From positions 14,818,001-14,882,000 of the forward strand of contig OZ281495.1 of NCBI GenBank assembly GCA_965637545.1: 64,000 nt of DNA. The letters are read 5' to 3'. Position 1 is the stretch's first letter; each line of letters begins with the position of its first letter. The notes beneath the pieces are model-generated. The model was not told where the DNA came from. It did no database searches and worked only from the letters and a program-made list of their open reading frames with translations. Below, piece by piece: positions 38,301 through 52,193 of this stretch. Both the position numbers and the translations under genes were made by a program. Source of the stretch: Phallusia mammillata. Taxonomy: Eukaryota.

Positions 38301-41300
38301 AGAATTCCACGGCATTCCAATATATTTTCGAAACTACCCTGTTTTCGATTCACAAAAACGTGCTTAAAACTAAAGCCAAACTGCGACTAAGATATGAATA
38401 TGTGGAGAAAAACAACAGATCTAAAGTAGTACAATCGACACCATGCTTGCTGTAATATTTCCTTATTTTAAAAGGAAACACATAATTTAGTTTTGAAATT
38501 CTATTTCTGTGACAACCTGTTTCAAATTACAGTTAGAATATTTTAGAATGTATTTAATTTTATGTTTTGTTGTTGTTTGGTGATAGAATCAGTCAATGAA
38601 TGGTGAAATATATGTATATTTCGCCAAACTAGCATCTACATTTCCCACACAACCACAGGATAAAACATAACCTATTTACTATTACTTAGGTTTGTGGTGA
38701 CAAGTCAAGTGGGAAGCACTACGGCCAATACACTTGCGAAGGTTGCAAGAGCTTCTTCAAGCGTAGCGTTCGGCGCAACCTCTCATACACGTGCAGAGGC
38801 AACAGGAACTGCCCCATCGACCAACATCATAGAAATCAGTGTCAATTCTGCCGACTGAATAAATGTGTGAAGATCGGAATGCGAAGAGAAGGTAGCGACA
38901 TTTTTTTATTTGTGTGGTCCGTTTTATTTAAATTGTGGGGAAAAACAGCTCTAAATATATTTAATTTGTTTGGGGGCTTGCATGAACCTTGGTACAGCAT
39001 TTTTGTCAGACATAATGTTGGATTCGAATAAAAACAGACTGCCTTGGCCTTGGAACGTCTCATACCGATTTTGTTAAATTTTTGTGAGCACATAGTAAAG
39101 CTGTCAGTGATAAAACACATAATTTAATCACCTAATAACTTATCATCCACAAACGAAGTAAAATATGATAAATGTAACAGATCGATATTTGTTGCCATCG
39201 CTTCATTGGGCTAATTCCCTGGTTTATCGCTTGATCAGTATTAGGGCTGTATGTTGATCGGATGGTGCGATGCATTTTTTACCGTCGAAGATCGCTTCGC
39301 AGCTTATCCTGTCCTATCGACACATCTACCTTGAGCGCATACTTTCACAGTTAGGCTACCGGCAAGTCTGCTTGGGATATCAGTATGTGTGATTGGGGCT
39401 CATAGCACAACGTCGAAAGCCGTTTTCAAAAACTGCAATTGAGTGGTTCGCAACACGTGAAATTGTAAAATGCCGTTAACAAGCAACTCAAATTGAACCA
39501 CGATGAGGTTGGGAAATTCTCTTTAGTGTAGGAATTCCGAAAGTTTTGCATCAAGTCTATACCTTTTGCAATGTTGTGCAGCAATTTACAGAGGTGGAAA
39601 AAATGGGTACAATATTGTAATAACATTAGTCGCTACATGTACATCGTATACCATCAATATGCACAAAACATAAATATTTTCTGTAGTCCGGACGATTTTT
39701 GCACGTTTTATTTTAGGCCATTTATTGTCTGTGGTCTGTGGTCAGTTCGGCTTTAACCTCTTTCAGACCTTCTGGTGGTATTTGGCCGTGTGGCGGGTGC
39801 ATCTATATCCCAATCCATTAAGGGAGCAATGCGCCGCTTACTAAGTATTGCGCCGCTAATCGACAAAATTCGTGAAAAGGCGAAGCGAGCGTGACATTTC
39901 CCGTCGACCGCCGGCAAGAGGCTTCTTCTCAAGTCGTGTGTTGTCAGCTAAACAATGTACACGGGTCAAGCGCAAGACGAACCCGCCTGTTTAGGCATCG
40001 AGATATTCTTGACCGTAGGCTCAGCGCAAACCCGGTTCACTGTTGACCTAACTGTTTAGGTGCAAACATCGATCACAACGACTAGTGCACAATTGGGTGC
40101 GGTGATCAGAACGTGTTGCGCCGGCAGGTTCTACGTAGCGCGACCATTGCGACAGCTTCCGCGAATCTCAGCATAAACGGTGCCCGCGCAAAATGACCAC
40201 TATCAATTTTCATAAAAACACGCGGACGCTCGTTAGCCGGTCAACACTCAGGTCTGATCTCTTCTAAACACAACGAACTGGCGTGCCCCGCAGGGCGTGT
40301 ACTTGGCCACGGTCACAATTTTATCGCGCTAGAAGGTCGAGCGAGGCGCTTGTGATGTCACGTCGCCGCGTTGACGGCCGTGACGTTTCGTCGAACCCGG
40401 TTTAGAAATGATCCGCTAATTTAGTGGACGCGGTCGCTGTTATTGCGCTTTGGCAACTTGCGATTCCGGGTTTGTCGCGACAGGTTATTTCCATCGCTTA
40501 TAGCTTATGTAACAGCAGCGCGTCTGTGTGACACACAAGCACAGAGCTTCCAAGAATATCGTGTTCTTGTGCCCCTGTATCTTCGCGGCAATCTAAGCAC
40601 TGGCATTAGGAAGAAAATCAGGCCTGTATACCTGGTACGAGAATTTTAAATTATCCAGCGTTTCTAGCATGACGACTGACATCTTTGAACCCAAGAGACC
40701 GGGCATTAGTTCGGCAATTTCTCCCTGGGCTACAGTGGAGAAACAACTGCTTCGGAAAATCGCCGAACACTTTTCGCGTTCGTAAAACAACAACAACCCC
40801 CGCATTTCTTGCATTGTTTGTTTACGTTGTGATAAATTTAGATGACAACACCCATGCACTGCCACAGCTTTCAACTTCCAAAAAATGTGCTGGAAAATCA
40901 AAATGGACGGGGTTAGAATATTTGCTCGTATATGTAGAAACCAAAGGTCTCACATATTTCGCAAAAGTAATAAGCGATACACGAGCCATTTTACAAAACA
41001 TTGCTTAACTTACAAAGTATAAGTGTGGTCAAAGTAGGTAATGAGGTGTTTATTTATAGCTTATTTTTACACATTATTATAATTTTTGCTAATTTCTTTG
41101 CCAAATAGTCTACAAATCCTAAAAAATACAAATTGCTTGAGAATGTTGAGTCGGCAAAAAAACTTTGTCTGAAAACCAGTCAAAACCAATTGGACGTGAC
41201 TTGCGTTTTTACAATTGATGCCCTGATTTCGCCGGTTGCGATTAGTTGGGCTGGAATTAATTGTCGCCCAAGATTCAACTCCTCAACTTTGCTCCACGCA

Positions 41301-44300
41301 AGTTCAAGTTGATCGATGTACTTCGCCAACACGTCCTCGGCAACGGCGACGTTACTGAAATAAAGCGAAGGCGTCGAGGCGTGAACCAATGCGCAGCGTG
41401 GCAAAAGCAAACGATGTATTGACTCGCATTGTTTTAGCGCAATGCATTGGGTGTTGGATGGGACGGCACCACGCTGTGTGATTTCGATTGCGATAGGGCG
41501 CCAGAATCGATCGGCCAATCAGATTAACCCTGGGGTCACGTGAAATCCGGCGTTTAATTCGTCGCAATTGCAAGTGCTGGCCGCAGCCTATGTACTGTAC
41601 AGGAGGAAAATGAACTGTCACTTGATTAACGCACCCCACGTACGTAGCGGTCAACTCAAAGGAAAGTGTTAAGCGTTGTAGCATGGACTGAAATAATTGT
41701 AAAAAAACTTATCTACTTTCCCGCGTAATACAGTCTGCATGTTCAAAACGTGTGAAGTAAATTTGATTCGTGTTACATCCAGCCATATTAAAACTGGAAC
41801 ACATGTAAAAGTTTTTTTTGTTAAAATTTTTGCAAAGGCAATGAGACTAAATTCACTGAACTCATGCTGACGTATACTTTCTGTGTTTACACCATATGTA
41901 TGAACACAGGTGCACTCGTAGGAATAGATGTTGGTTACAAATCGTTACGGTAGCAAAACGTCCACAAAAAAACAACAACGATGCAATAATCGACATGACG
42001 AGGCACCATGGTAGAGAACAAGGCATCAGCAAAATCGCTTGCGTAATTCGCACTTAGATCAGAGCTAAGCCAATATGTGGCGACAGTTCGATCACTTGGG
42101 ATCCCGTACATTGGCAACTTGGCAAGTGCACTTAAACCGCTCACTCGCAGGCCTGACGACTGGCAAGTGCTTTCACTACACATGCTATTATCGGGACATA
42201 TCGATCCAGCGATGTGCTGACTGCAACTTTTGGTCACCAATGTTATTTTTGTAAATTGCGGTCGCTGCACTGGTTTTAAATGTCACTTTACCACACTAAA
42301 AGTTAAGGGTTTTGCAACGTTTGTAATTTGTGTGCGCCAAACAGGTTGAAATTTACTTTAACAGAAAATAATCTAAACACAGAGTTTAAACAATAGCATA
42401 ACAGTAATTTTAGGTATTTTTAAACGTAAACAAACACTTGACCGATACATTTTTGAACCTTAAATCATAACCGCAGCACCTTTGACCACAACAACATTTG
42501 CATTAAACGTTTTATCTCTAATTGCACAAATTTATGTATTGCTTTCTGTCAAATGACTTTTGTTACATGGTAAAACCATGGTGGCGACGTGTAATATTAA
42601 CAAAGCAATAGGTCCATTGAAAAATTGAAGGGCACTGACACTGGAACTTATTTTCGACTTTATCAGCACGAGCATCTGTCCTTGGCCACGAACATAAATG
42701 CATAACATTTTATAAATTACATCGCACGTTTTGTCAGAACGTCGATACAGGATGGGGTACAAACAGCAAATTAGGGGAATTAAAAGGATTAAGACCCATA
42801 TACGGAGATTAGAAATATGACGTGTGGTAAAACGTTTGACATATATCGTGAAAAAAATGATATCATTGTACAAGTCAATGTAATAGTGCAGCTACGCGTG
42901 GATATCCAAACTTTTATATTGTGCTAGTCACCATAAATAACTGAACCTAAAATAAACCCAAATTGACCTACATGTTGAAGAATGATTGGCATTTTAACTT
43001 AATTTGAAAATATTATTCACAAATATTGTGGAGTCACAAACATCACACAACTGGTGGCTTAGGTACCAATTTGGTTTGGAATTTTATGACTTTTATGATC
43101 AAGCTGCAAAATCACGTTTACTCATGTATATCATTTTCTTTTTCAGCTGTTCAACGCGGCAGGGTACCAGCCACACAGCCGCATCCGGGACAGTATGCGA
43201 TTACCAATGGCATCGACATGGGTTTCGGGCCGGGCTACATGTCAGGCTATATCTCCATGCTTCTGCGTGCCGAGCCCTATCCTACTTCAAGATTCGCTCT
43301 GCAGTGCCCGGTACCCAACCAAATCATGGGCATAGACAACATATGTGAATTGGCTGCAAGGTTGCTCTTTTCCGCCGTCGAGTGGGCAAGAAACATCCCG
43401 TTTTTTCCTGATCTCCAGGTCACTGATCAAGTGGCCATGCTGAAATGGGTTTGGAGCGAACTGTTTGTTCTGAACGCCGCCCAAAGTCATATGCCTCTTC
43501 ACGTTGCCCCTCTACTCGCCGCAGCCGGTCTTCACACGTCAATGTCAGCTGATCGCGTGATGTCATTCATGGACCACATCCGTATCTTCCAGGATCAGGT
43601 TGAAAGACTGAAGGCGCTGCATGTCGACTCTGCCGAGTATTCCTGCCTCAAAGCGATTGTCCTCTTCACTTCAGGTTTGTGTTTTATATGTCCATGTATA
43701 AATAATGTCGAGGATGTGCAAAGTCATATTTGTGGCTCGCGTTTGACTGGCAGCAATTCAAGACATTTCGATACTTCAACATCCTGCTGGTAAAAAGTCA
43801 TGTTTACCAGCAGGATATTTCTTGTTAGTTGTAGTGGTAAAGTTACTTTACTATTTTCTTGAAATTTAGACATTTTTTCAACTAAAATTAACTAAAAAAG
43901 AGCAAATCATTATTAATTTTAAACTTATTGCTTCATGCAGGAAAATAGATTTGACGTTTTCGTAAATAACAAGTTAAAACGGTTTTGTTCAAACTAGTAT
44001 ATTTAGAGCGTACATTTTATAAAACATTACGATCCTTTAAAATGGTCATAACAAATGCGCAATGTAGATTTCAACATGTAGTGGTGTGGTCGCACAAATT
44101 ATTCTCAAAGGCAAATAAACTTTCCCACTACTCGTGAAAGATTTCCACACACAATCTCACACCTCTTTGATGACAGGATAGGGAACAGTAACAGAACAAA
44201 AGCCGCTAAAGATATTTCAAGTCGGCGATTATCTGGTGCGACACGTCGGAACTAAGCGAAGCAGTCGTGACCTTTCCGCAATCACGTGTCAAATCGAGAT

Positions 44301-47300
44301 TGTGAGGTCAAACACGCTCGATATTCGAACGTATTGACGCTAGATACGTCACAAGTAGCACGTCAGCAGGCTAACGAGCCAGGATTTCGGTTGAATACGC
44401 AAGTCGTATGATAATCGGTTGATATTTCACGTTGGCTCAGGAAATAGGTCACGACGTCATCAACGCTCTGAAGTTTGGAAAATAGTTACGCACTTTCCCC
44501 CAGCGTGACGTAATACAGGGGGTTTTGCCCAATATCTGCGATTATACCAGTTTTTTTTTACTTTTGTTGGGTCAACATTTGAAAAACACCAAATGTTACG
44601 GATTTTGGTATTCACTGATGTATACGCGAAAAAATCGATAAAAACTTGCTCTAGTCCAAATCAAAATTTAGCTCATTTGAATTTAGTGGCAACGCGGCAA
44701 AGGAACGCATTTTGTACTGACAGAGTTATTGGCAATATAAGTGGTTTTATATTGTTGAAAAAATCTGTCACTTGTTCGGGTTTTCCACTTCTAGAGGTAG
44801 ATATTTGCAAGAGGGAAAGGATCTAAAACGAAAAAACGCTACAAGCATATATGTTCAAATTCCAAAATACGTCGCTGGTTTCCAAAATGTTTCCAACTGA
44901 TAAAGAGTAGCAGTGGAATTTTTTCCGTCTATTTGCGTCGCGTTAATTTTGTTTTTACCCGCTGCGTCTTTGCGAAACCTCTAACTGCAAACTGTATATG
45001 TTTTGCTCGGGTTGGAGGAAAGGCATCGGTCGCTTCAGTGTCAGGCCGCGAGCAAACGAGTTTCGACTTTGATAATGATCGACAAGACCGCGCTCTCCGA
45101 GTAAGAGCTATAATAGGAAACGAGATGTCCTGGCGGCCGGGCTTGTCTATTTTCAAGGTGGCGGGGAGCACACGATTTTGGTCATGCCGATTAATACACT
45201 GCGCCCGCGGCTCCATATTCGGCGAAGTTCAGCTTGCTACGTGGATTTCTCCTTCGTACATGACATTAGCAAACTCAATACCTTCCGTCCCTCTGCAAGC
45301 ACTTGACAAGACCGTTTTGGACGATGCGAATTTATGTTGACTTTTTTCACTTCGTCGTGTGCAAATACTATGCAATCGTGTAAAATTTGGCCAAAATGAT
45401 GAGCAACGTATCACAATCCCCAAAAGATATTTAAACAACCGTTTAATTTTTACTGATTGGTTTAGTAAAACCACCTAACTTTTACTTCCAATTTAGCTGA
45501 TTGCAGGAAAAAAACGGAGTTTTTCTTTTCAAAAACTGAATTGTAATAAATTCCAACACTATTTTTAGACAGATTAATAGATAAAAGACGGAAACAGTCT
45601 GCGTGCACTATATGTAGATAAAAAATGTTAATCGGGGAGTTATCGATGTAAAGGCGTGACGTTTTTAGCACAAAACCGCCATAGAGCTGTCAAGGGAACG
45701 GTGTTTTGTTTTTCCGTGTGGCCGAGCATTAGCATCGAGGCAAGTGCGATGGTCATCTGAGATGATGTTCGGAATTTTGAAGTGTTTTTGGTCAAGTGGG
45801 AATAAGGAGCGATGAAGCGGGTCAGATATGGGTCGATAAAGGCCTTAGGTAAACGACTTTACACTGACAAAACCCACATGAATTCGTCGTTTGATTTTCT
45901 TACGCTCCGGTGGCTAGATACTAACGCACTGTGACACGTGCGTGCGACGGAAGTGAAAAGTTGCTGCCATAAATAACTGTTAGTTTCGGGTCGGCTAAAG
46001 CGAGACTGGAGATGGCACAGAGGAGTGTTGTGTTTTTGTGGACCTTGCGTACGCAAAGGTTAACTGTTTTACCAAAGACCTGTGGTAAACGGTTACACAC
46101 TTTTGGCGCAAGCCATGTAAATTCCCCTGGTATATGACATGGGGTTGTGTAATGGAAAACGGCAATATTCGAGAGCACTTTGTTTTTGCCTCAAACATTT
46201 CTCTCAACTTTTGAACATAAAACGACCATTAAATAAAAACATGATCAATTGTCACAGGAATAAAACTCAAACATATTTAGTCGAAAAAAATGCAATATCC
46301 TGTCCCGTTGTGTAAGTGAGCGGTAGCGGTATCAATTGCGTAAACAGAGTGAAACCAACAGCGAGAAAGCTTCGTGGTCCACATGCGGATCCAGCATAGA
46401 GCACCCGACTGACTGCTGCTATATGACTATAAGCTTCTACAATGGGATTATGGGGCAACGGGGGGGCAAAGGACTGGGCATTATGTGCGCTGTCGGTAGA
46501 CGTGAGAAGGCTCTTAAGCCTCACTTTTGTTCTAATATTGTCTGAAATTGTGCGAAGACAAGATCAAAGACGATTTTTAGCTGAAATGGGATTCACTTGC
46601 GAGAGTAGAGGCATAACCTCGTAGTTCAAAGGCGGAAGCAACGGGCGATAAATCACCGTGCGAAGGAATGGAAAATCTTACAAGTTTTGGCTTCCAAGAT
46701 GAAAACGTTTCCCCGTTTCTTTCGTTTAAGATTGCTTATGTGTTTTCAATTCCTTTGCTTTTAACCGATAGGCTTAATTGTTCCGAAGTTTTAAGTATAT
46801 GACACAATTAACAAGAACATGAATCCTACGCATATACAACCTAAAAATATTATTTTAGTTTAGTGCGACTGGCGTGATGCAAAAACACATATAACTCTTA
46901 AAAGTTATAGGTCTTTAATTTGACTTCCTATCATAGGTTACTCCACGAAACAACAAAAGAGTGTCCTAGCAATCCAAATGAGTGGAAGGATAGACTCACT
47001 ACGCACCCATATAACTCACTAAAACTAAAATCAAATTGGCAGTTTTAGTACCGACCGACTGAAATCGCATTACGTTGCATAAAACCCTGGACAGCAATTA
47101 AGCTGGACTGCCCCCGTGTGAGTTTTCCATATTCCAGCATTCCTGACTCTCTACGTCCTGTGGAGAAGGTGTGAAGCGCTCGGGTTATTGGTGGCGCCAC
47201 GCTGGGTTTAAAGCGTCTATTGACCCGGCGACAAACGAATTGAGTGTTATGAGTTCATCACATTGCTGTGCTTTAAGTAATATGTAACAGCGTGGGAACT

Positions 47301-50300
47301 CGTTTCTGTTTTAACTAAGTTTCAAATAGGAATATAACGAAATTTAATATTTTCTTTCGACGCGTTTAGCTGAAAATATTTTATATGTGGGTCGCATGTG
47401 CCAACATCGAAACTACTTGCAAAACTGACACGTCTTAGGTTTAATCATGTTGCGCAATATGCAGCTCATAGCGATGAAAACATTTTTTCAGTTTAGCCTT
47501 ATGCCGTTTAAAATCGAAGACCTCATAGGCAGAATTGGCCCATGGTTAAATTAGGAATACCCCTGCAACGGCGCATCAGTAGTTTTTCAGTTTTCGTATC
47601 GTTTCTTTTTTCCTTCACCAATTACGTAACACGTACTTGAACTAGACCTTTTCAACAATGATAATTAATCGCGAAAGCACAAGTGCGTTTGTGGTGACTT
47701 GACACGAGCAATAACAACCCAGATAGTCAGTATCAATTATTCAAGCAAACGTGCGCTCTGACTATGATTGAATTGTGGCTAGGAGAGGTGTCGGTCGGTC
47801 CGAGTGCATGGGCCCCAAGTCACGATGCCCGTAATTGGGAAGTACATATGAAATGCTGTAATAACAGCATTAAAAATGTATGTAGCCTTAAATGTGCCCC
47901 ATAGCGAAATTGAAAAGACGCCGTATCGCGCTGACCCCGAATCGTGGCCCTCTGTGCCGTAAGAACCGATTTACGGGAACGTTTGTGGGGTTGATGCCCA
48001 TCGCTTTGGAGAGTGGCTAATTACAGCTTTGGGGAGTCGGTTAAGTGAAACATGATCGGACAGCGGTCATTAAAACAAGTGCAGCAACCAAACGCTGACG
48101 ATTAAATATTAAAAGGATAATAATCGCGAAGCATCTCGAAAAGCCGCGCGAATACCTGTTCACCCTGGCTTGTGGTGCGTGTTGATTAACATTGCGGCGT
48201 GAGCCAAGAACGCCTGAAGTTATCTTGACATCGCGTTGATTTTTAAAGTCGAAAGTGTCTGAAATTACCTGCTGTGGTCGATTCGAGCCTAGGTCGCTGA
48301 TTGCTTAGGACGGATTGTGGCCGCGCAAAGAACGGGACTTGATTTATTTTCCGCCGCGAATTTGCTGACCCGACAGCCGCCCCTCTTATGCGTACAACCC
48401 GAACCCGGGAGAGCTTTTAATTTTTCATCGTGACAAAAAATAAAGGCTTGGGTTCCGGTTGCAGAAGAAAAACCTGGCAGTTGAAAATGTTACAAAAATT
48501 GCCAATCTAATCCTGGATAAAAAGCGTGACGAGTGGATAGGAAATCGCCGGAGTTTAGGTTGACTTGGTTGGAAATTGACCACCGAAAAAAAAACACTTG
48601 CATTGCTAAAACAGAAACAAATTTAAAGCGACAGTGATTAGAATTTCGGCGAATTCAGTCCTTAATGTTTATGTTTAACGAATGTTTAGATTTAGACAAT
48701 GACAACCCCAAACATCGTGTATCAATAAACGGTTACCTGCTTGGAAGATGTTAATTTGTTGCCACTTTTTCAACGCAAAATCGGGCGTTTCAAATAATAA
48801 TAAAGATTTGCATTTTTCGACACATACCAAAAAAATCGCAATGCGAAACATTTATCGATTAATACACCGCAAAAATTTAAACCATTCAAACTATGTTCAA
48901 AGTAGAAGATTTGTCTTTCCATTGTCAAAAGTATTAAAAACATTCCCACGCACAAATATTTGTGCTAGGGATTTGACCAATGGAATTCGTGAGTTTGGTC
49001 AAATTTGCGACAACGGTCAATTCTCACGCGGAAGTGGTTTTGAACTCACGCAACTTGGCACTTGTTCCTTGTACAACGGAAGGCGTATCGCTTGTCACAT
49101 CGCCCACCCTGTTCCCAGACCTCCTGTTTGACACCTGGAGCTGACCCCCGGGCGCCATTTTGTGCCACAAACAAATGCCGGGGCAAATGAGCCCAGCGCT
49201 GACATGAAACGATCCAGTGACGCCCGAAATGGACAACTGGCGGTTGAGGTCACCGACCTTTGTACACTCATGCCCGCGCGTGGATCGCATTCATTAAATC
49301 TGCACAGCGGTTTTAACCAGGCACTAAGTGTCAGTCACGCCTACGAGCCAAGAGAGATATCATTCGGCGAGCAAATTAGTTTAGCCAGCAAATTGACCGC
49401 AGGGATGGCGCGGCGCTGCTTGCCCGCGTGGGAACGAGATTGATCAGGGCGTATTAGTGCCTGCTTCGTTCGGCGCGGGCCTCAACGCGGGCCCGAGACC
49501 GGCCTGGGGGCGTCAGTCGGCGTCCCTCGGGGCCCGAGCGATTTAATACTCCTGCCTGATCCGTCCATCGCCCGCGGGTGTTTTGATTGCCTGCCATGCT
49601 TATTAGTTTTAATATTTTGCCATGCTCCAGCGCTGCGCAGATGCAAGTCTTCGTATTCTCTCCCTTACGTCCGGACAAGAAGATATCTAATTGCCCACGT
49701 TCCTGTTGATTTGCTTGTATGTGCTATTTCAACATTATGAACCAACTGAAGCCTGTTTAAGACAGCTACCAACCATGATATAAATGTAAATATATGTAGA
49801 AATAAAACGTTGCAGGCCCGTAAACGACCAATGCAAAGATTGCTGTTTTATCCACATGATGCATTTACTAAATTAAAGATGTTTTAATTTGACGAAATAT
49901 TTTCTTACTACAAACGATTGAAGATCTGCAAATGCGAAGTCCCGCAGTTGTGGGATCGTCAAAGTAGTTTAAAGTTTACTGTTTACACTTCACACTATTG
50001 AACATGGCCAAGATTGTTTGTGGTCCCTTTAATACGGGCGACTGACTATACAAGACAGAATCAAGCACTCGACCCTGACGCGCATCACAAACAAACTCTG
50101 ATTTGACATTTAAGGCCTCGGGATTGACCTGTGACTAAATTGCGACACGACCAAAGCTTTTTAGCCGAAACGTTGCTTTGGTTTGATATCGGATCAAACA
50201 CATCAAGTTTAAGCAATGCGCGATTTTAAGTAAAACCCGCTGTTCCAGATATACGGACTTCTGATGTTTTAGTGAGTGCATTTTACTGGGTTTTAGGCTT

Positions 50301-52193
50301 GAAGAACTGGTTTGTTTTTGACATGAAATATGCAAAACAGCACAATGTTACGCTGCTACAAATTTGTTTTAAGTTGTTTATTTCAAACCCTAGCGCTGGA
50401 ACCAAGAAGCAATACATCTTTTGATTGCAGGGCGACACCGTACGATTAAAAAAAATCCCATGGCAGTGTTCAACGTACAGAAAGCTGCGCCTTGCGCCTG
50501 AAACAATAAAAGCCAAATAGGACGGTGGTTGTTATTAAAAACGAGAAAGTGACGAACTTGGACGGACGCTTGCACGCGGCTTCCCCTGAAATCGAATCCC
50601 AGTTCCCCAAAAGGAGCAAGAAGTTTAATAAGAGTTGGCAATCACGTCGGTACCCGGGCGACAGTCAATAAACGCGCAAGTCCCGAAATCGACGCAAACT
50701 CGATTTGTTTGCCACGGGCCCGACAGCGATTAAGAGCTAAGCGAATTTCACGGCGACCCTCTGCGCACAAGTGGATGAAAATAAGGAGTTGATTATTGCG
50801 CTGTTGTACGTCACCAGCGGTGGCAATAAACTTGGGAGGAAGGTTTTTCGGGCGGCAACATCCCTAAATTCGTCATTGCTGTCAGGGACATGTTTTTTGA
50901 CAAGCCGCCGTGTTTCAAACTTACCGCAAGTGTACCGAAGGGTAGTGTCGTTATGATCCCCTTTTAGTTTGTGTCTAAATCTATGATGCAAGATTATATG
51001 ATATAGTGACGGAAAACAAGTTACGTTTCGTATAATTTTCAACCCTTGTTTTTGTGCCCATTGTCTTGTGTGGTGTTTAGATCAACTTATGTGACATAAC
51101 ATCTGGTGGTATCCAACAGGATTAAGGCAAAATAACATTAATTTATGGTTTGAAAGTGAATAGCTTGTTGCTATTAATGCCTTTAATGCGATCCTATGAA
51201 GAGGTCACTTAAATGAAATTTAACCACATCATAAGAACATCGAGAAGCGAATACAAAACCCCAAATTACGTAAAACGTAAATCACAAAGGGTGTGGGAAC
51301 GGTCTAAATACCCTAAAAACTAGTATGTCGTATATTTTCGGCGAAATCACCCCAATAAGTGCGCATTAGATTGCCTGCGTGACAATCAACAGTTTTTATC
51401 TGATTGCCGCAAAATCAGCAAAGCGGGATTTAAATGACGGGGAACCCCCGGACGTGTGACAAGCAGCCCCTCTGCGCATATTCGCGGGGGAGTGTTTCGT
51501 AAACATAACAAGTTCGCACGTAACAGTGAGCAATTCTCGTAAAGCACAAGCAATTACTTGTAGATATCGAACAAAACACTGACGAAAAAAGAGACCAGCA
51601 GCTTGTTTTAATGCCAATTCAGACCGATACAAACAGAGATAACTCCTGATTGTATAACATACTATGAAGAGTTTGTAAACATAGATAACACAGAAAACAG
51701 GTGCAAAACAAGGCACACCGAAGTTTGTCATGACAAGGCAATGTTTAATTTACCGAAAGAAAAAATGACGTTTTAAGCAGGTTTTATCGAATACATGTGT
51801 AACCATGTGCTGCAAATTCGTGCGATTTGCAAACGATATTTATTGTCGATCTATAGGTGCTTTTAAAATAAATAGTTTCGTTCAACATTGCTAACAGGCT
51901 GTTGTTTTTTATTAGATTCGCATGGTATCAGCGACTCGAGTCACATCGAGAGCGTGCAGGAGAAGTCGCAGTGTGCTCTCGAGGAGTACGTACGTCATCA
52001 GTATCCCAATCAACCGTCACGCTTCGGCAAGCTCTTGCTCCGTCTCCCTTCACTGCGCACCGTCAGCGCCAGCGCAATAGAGCAACTCTTCTTTGTCCGT
52101 CTGGTGGGCAAAACCCCTATTGAGACCCTCATCCGGGACATGCTCCTGTCAGGCAGCTCATACGGCTGGCCCTACCCCATGCCGTTGCAATGA
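35323..52193 (+). CDS. NR2F2: COUP-TF / NR2F1/2 orphan nuclear receptor, 467 aa; exons 35323-35718, 38690-38891, 43147-43674, 51916-52193
   Basis: N-terminus [11 protein letters not shown] (vertebrate MAMVVS.WRDP). DBD HIECV|[67 protein letters not shown]|[36 protein letters not shown]...[13 protein letters not shown]...[13 protein letters not shown]. Intron phases 0, 1, 1 are consistent. Exon 2 is absent from the ORF track. Likely pro-ortholog of NR2F1/NR2F2. Confidence 0.97.
43781..43816. repeat. Perfect 14-bp inverted repeat (8-nt loop) in COUP-TF intron 3
   Basis: ATCCTGCTGGTAAA (43781-43794) / TTTACCAGCAGGAT (43803-43816). Confidence 0.85.
45819..45835 (+). promoter_or_regulatory. DR5 RARE-like element in COUP-TF intron 3
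   Basis: GGGTCA-GATAT-GGGTCG, one mismatch to RGKTCA(N5)RGKTCA. Confidence 0.3.

Noticed and set aside
47288-47565. Possible old hAT MITE ending GGAATACCCCTG
   Set aside because: No matching left TIR or TSD could be established.
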